Below, one piece after another: positions 29,602 to 32,000 of a stretch of DNA of 32,000 nucleotides. The position numbers and the translations under genes are program-made. Numbering within the stretch: position 1 is the first letter of the stretch; every line of letters begins with the position of its first letter. The stretch is taken from assembly GCA_018985225.1 (NCBI GenBank), contig JADGIF010000017.1, positions 1 to 32,000 on the forward strand. Reading direction: 5' to 3'. Under the pieces are notes generated by a model that did not search any database, had not been told where the DNA came from, and saw only the letters and a program-made list of their open reading frames with translations. The stretch is from Amoeboradix gromovi X-113. Taxonomy: Eukaryota; Fungi; Sanchytriomycota.

Positions 29602-31623
29602 TTATTGTACAAAGTTGGTAATCATGATTACCAAAATTCCGCTTAATACAGACGAGCCACTGTACATTAAGTCAGTTGGGGCTTCTAGTACAGAAGCATA
29701 TGACACCTGACTTTTATCATGCGCTACAGACTTCTCAGGTACAGCTGAGGATTCGCTTTTTGCAGAATTAGCAGGCAGTTTTGATGCTTCTGATTCTGAT
29801 GCTTCTGATTTTGACGGTTCTGATTTTGACGGTTCTGATTTTGACGATACTGGCTTTGATGGTACTGGCTTTGATGGTTTTGGTTTTGACTGCTCCTCAT
29901 TTAATGGGGCTATAGGTACATATGGGGTTGAATCAGACGCCGTAGCAATGATATTTGCAGGCTTTGATTTTATTGGGGCAGATTCTGGTAATTTGTATGC
30001 ATTTTCGATTGGCTTGGACGCTTCCATCTTTGCAACTGTAGGTTTTACTGCTTTTGGCAGGGGATTCAAAGTTTTGCAAAATGCTCCCCCGTATCCTGGT
30101 TTACACTCGCAACCAAATGCGGTACAAGTTCCATTAGCACCACACTTACATGCCTTATCTCCAAGTTGATGCTTAGCCTGAATAACTTGGCATTCCTTTG
30201 CCTTCTCTAAGTCTGAACTAGTTTTGATTACGTCTTCGGTTTTCTTTTGTAATTGGGTTAAGCATTGTTTTCTTGCTGCTTCTAAAGCCAAACTAATACC
30301 ATTGACCATGGTAAACGCATAATCTGCAATACAACCTTTTATAATGTATTGCAGATCTGCCTTGTTTCCAACTGTTAGAAAATCATGAGCATCGCAGATC
30401 ATATTGCAATTCTTTTCTGCTTCCTCCAACGATGGCTTCACCAAAGCGTTCTGAGCTTTGGTTGGTAAGAGCACTGCATCTTTAGGCGGTGCTACATATT
30501 TTACTGGCACATGGATTTTGAATCCAGTGTGTACCTTCTTACCTGTTTCTTGGCCATAGCTATTCTTTGGACGAGTCTCTTCAGTTTCTACTGGGGCAGT
30601 GGCTTTTTGAGTTTCTACTGGGGCAGTGGCTTTTTGAGTTTCTACTGGGGCGAGATCTACAATTGGTGTTACTGGTTTTGGAGGTGTGTATATAACATCA
30701 CAACTTACTGGTAGCTGGCACTCGTTGAATCCTGGTGCTGGGGCTGATTTTGGCATTGCTACAGTCACCTCATTTGGTGCAAAATACGACTGACTGTCAG
30801 CCACTACATACTCTGGGACAGTCACATCTGCAACATGTTCATAATCAGGATTGCATATGGATGGAGCATATTTGGATACATCTTGACCTGGTGCATTCAC
30901 GACTACATCCAACCCCAGTGCGAAGTTCTTGTTAGTGTTGATAACAATGTTCCCTGGTAATGTTACGATTGATCCCCCATTAGGAGTTACTTGAATTGTA
31001 GTACCATGAGATGCGGCACACTTGTTAGACGAATGGCAGTTATACTGGGTAGTTGCCAAGTCGGCCACGTAAACATTGTCCAAATAGCGAATACCTACCT
31101 TAGTATTGCATGTAGGACCTCCATAGCATTTCTCATGGAGAACTTGTACATCGAATAAGTCACTCTTAACCAACCACGCAGCTCCTTCGGCATAGTTGTT
31201 GTATTGAACATTTGTAAAGGTGGAGATATGAGGATCTCCTGTACTTTTGCAACTTGCTTGCTGTTGCTCAAAGTTGCGATTGATGGCTAATTGTGGATCA
31301 GCAACTGGAATTTCGCCACCGTTCTTTGAGCAGATCTTCATTTTTAGCAAATCTGTTTTTACTCCCTCGCCTCGATCACTCAACATTCCAATGAAGTTGA
31401 TAGGTTCTGCTACTAATCCTATACCGTTTTTTACATCTATTCGGCATTTGTCAATCGCAGCTATAGGGGACTCAAAGAAAATTGAGAAATCATCGTCAAT
31501 AGGCTTGAAGTCCATTTTCACCACTCCAGCTTGAGTCGCAGTGCATTGTACATCTTTGACATCAAAGGTTGGTCCAACTGGAGCCATTGCATCACGTGAT
31601 AACGCTAAAGAAAACAAGTTCAT
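29602..31623 (-). CDS. Putative GPI-anchored surface protein with VWD and EGF-like domains and Pro/Ser/Thr-rich stalks
   Basis: CKSTGDPHISTF (VWD GDPH motif), CKCGANGTCTAFGCECKPGYGGAFC (EGF-like), PVETQKATA repeats (about 30575-30650), 15-bp SEPSK/SEASE repeats (about 29778-29890), hydrophobic C-terminus. Confidence 0.8.
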   Translation of the reverse strand: MNLFSLALSRDAMAPVGPTFDVKDVQCTATQAGVVKMDFKPIDDDFSIFFESPIAAIDKCRIDVKNGIGLVAEPINFIGMLSDRGEGVKTDLLKMKICSKNGGEIPVADPQLAINRNFEQQQASCKSTGDPHISTFTNVQYNNYAEGAAWLVKSDLFDVQVLHEKCYGGPTCNTKVGIRYLDNVYVADLATTQYNCHSSNKCAASHGTTIQVTPNGGSIVTLPGNIVINTNKNFALGLDVVVNAPGQDVSKYAPSICNPDYEHVADVTVPEYVVADSQSYFAPNEVTVAMPKSAPAPGFNECQLPVSCDVIYTPPKPVTPIVDLAPVETQKATAPVETQKATAPVETEETRPKNSYGQETGKKVHTGFKIHVPVKYVAPPKDAVLLPTKAQNALVKPSLEEAEKNCNMICDAHDFLTVGNKADLQYIIKGCIADYAFTMVNGISLALEAARKQCLTQLQKKTEDVIKTSSDLEKAKECQVIQAKHQLGDKACKCGANGTCTAFGCECKPGYGGAFCKTLNPLPKAVKPTVAKMEASKPIENAYKLPESAPIKSKPANIIATASDSTPYVPIAPLNEEQSKPKPSKPVPSKPVSSKSEPSKSEPSKSEASESEASKLPANSAKSESSAVPEKSVAHDKSQVSYASVLEAPTDLMYSGSSVLSGILVIMITNFVQ

Positions 31624-32000
31624 TCTATATGTCTTACGTTATCTTGCTCTGCTTTTAAATCCATTTTCGCTAATTATTAAGTTTCTGATTGGTTTAGGAA
31701 GATGATAAAATTCCAATCAGTAATCAATTCTGAGAATAGATTAACACTGTAAATTAAAAGTAAAAAAGTGGCAAATTAATATTTTTAATCTCTTAGGCCC
31801 TTATGATTTGCGGGTCGCCGTGTCAGCAAATTATTCAAGGCGAATTTGCGCATTTACCGAATCCTGATTATAATTAAGTGCGACCAAGCCTTACTGGTAC
31901 TTGCCACTTAAATACAGCTTTATTTTTGTAGCTTGCCCCAAGTAGTACAGTCAGAAATAATAATACATTTTTTGTTATCCATTTAGCTAATGGCGCATGT

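Noticed and set aside
913-31534. Numerous short antisense ORFs within long genes
   Set aside because: Shadow ORFs opposite well-supported CDSs, with no recognisable motifs.
1-32000. Non-standard genetic code (TAA/TAG reassignment)
   Set aside because: Conserved genes terminate at TAA, TAG and TGA at the expected positions, and long ORFs have no internal stops.

Overview
AT-rich, very gene-dense eukaryotic DNA, most likely from an early-diverging fungus (myosin-motor chitin synthase, group III G-alpha subunits, standard stop codons, intergenic gaps often 35-100 bp). Host genes: two G-alpha paralogs, M1 aminopeptidase, CAMKK-like kinase, importin-beta, GT31 glycosyltransferase, NECAP, Snf7, myosin-chitin synthase, Dbp9, Ulp2-like SUMO protease, RFC4, two paralogous Tyr/Gly/Ser/Pro repeat surface proteins and a VWD-EGF surface protein. 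Three things stand out. (1) All five introns I could reconstruct in conserved genes are exactly 20 nt (GT...TAG). (2) There are TnpB/Fanzor-type RNA-guided nuclease remnants at up to three loci: a head-to-head pair of IS607/Fanzor2 deletion derivatives at 27190-28423 that keep the left end, the TnpA HTH and the omegaRNA/right-end region; a decayed Fanzor1-like gene with a downstream hairpin cluster at about 8640-9015; and a weaker candidate at the window start. (3) An intact Fic (AMPylase) gene lies inside a set of three 25-30 bp terminal-inverted-repeat-like sequences. All protein assignments are from motif recognition by eye, not from database searches.
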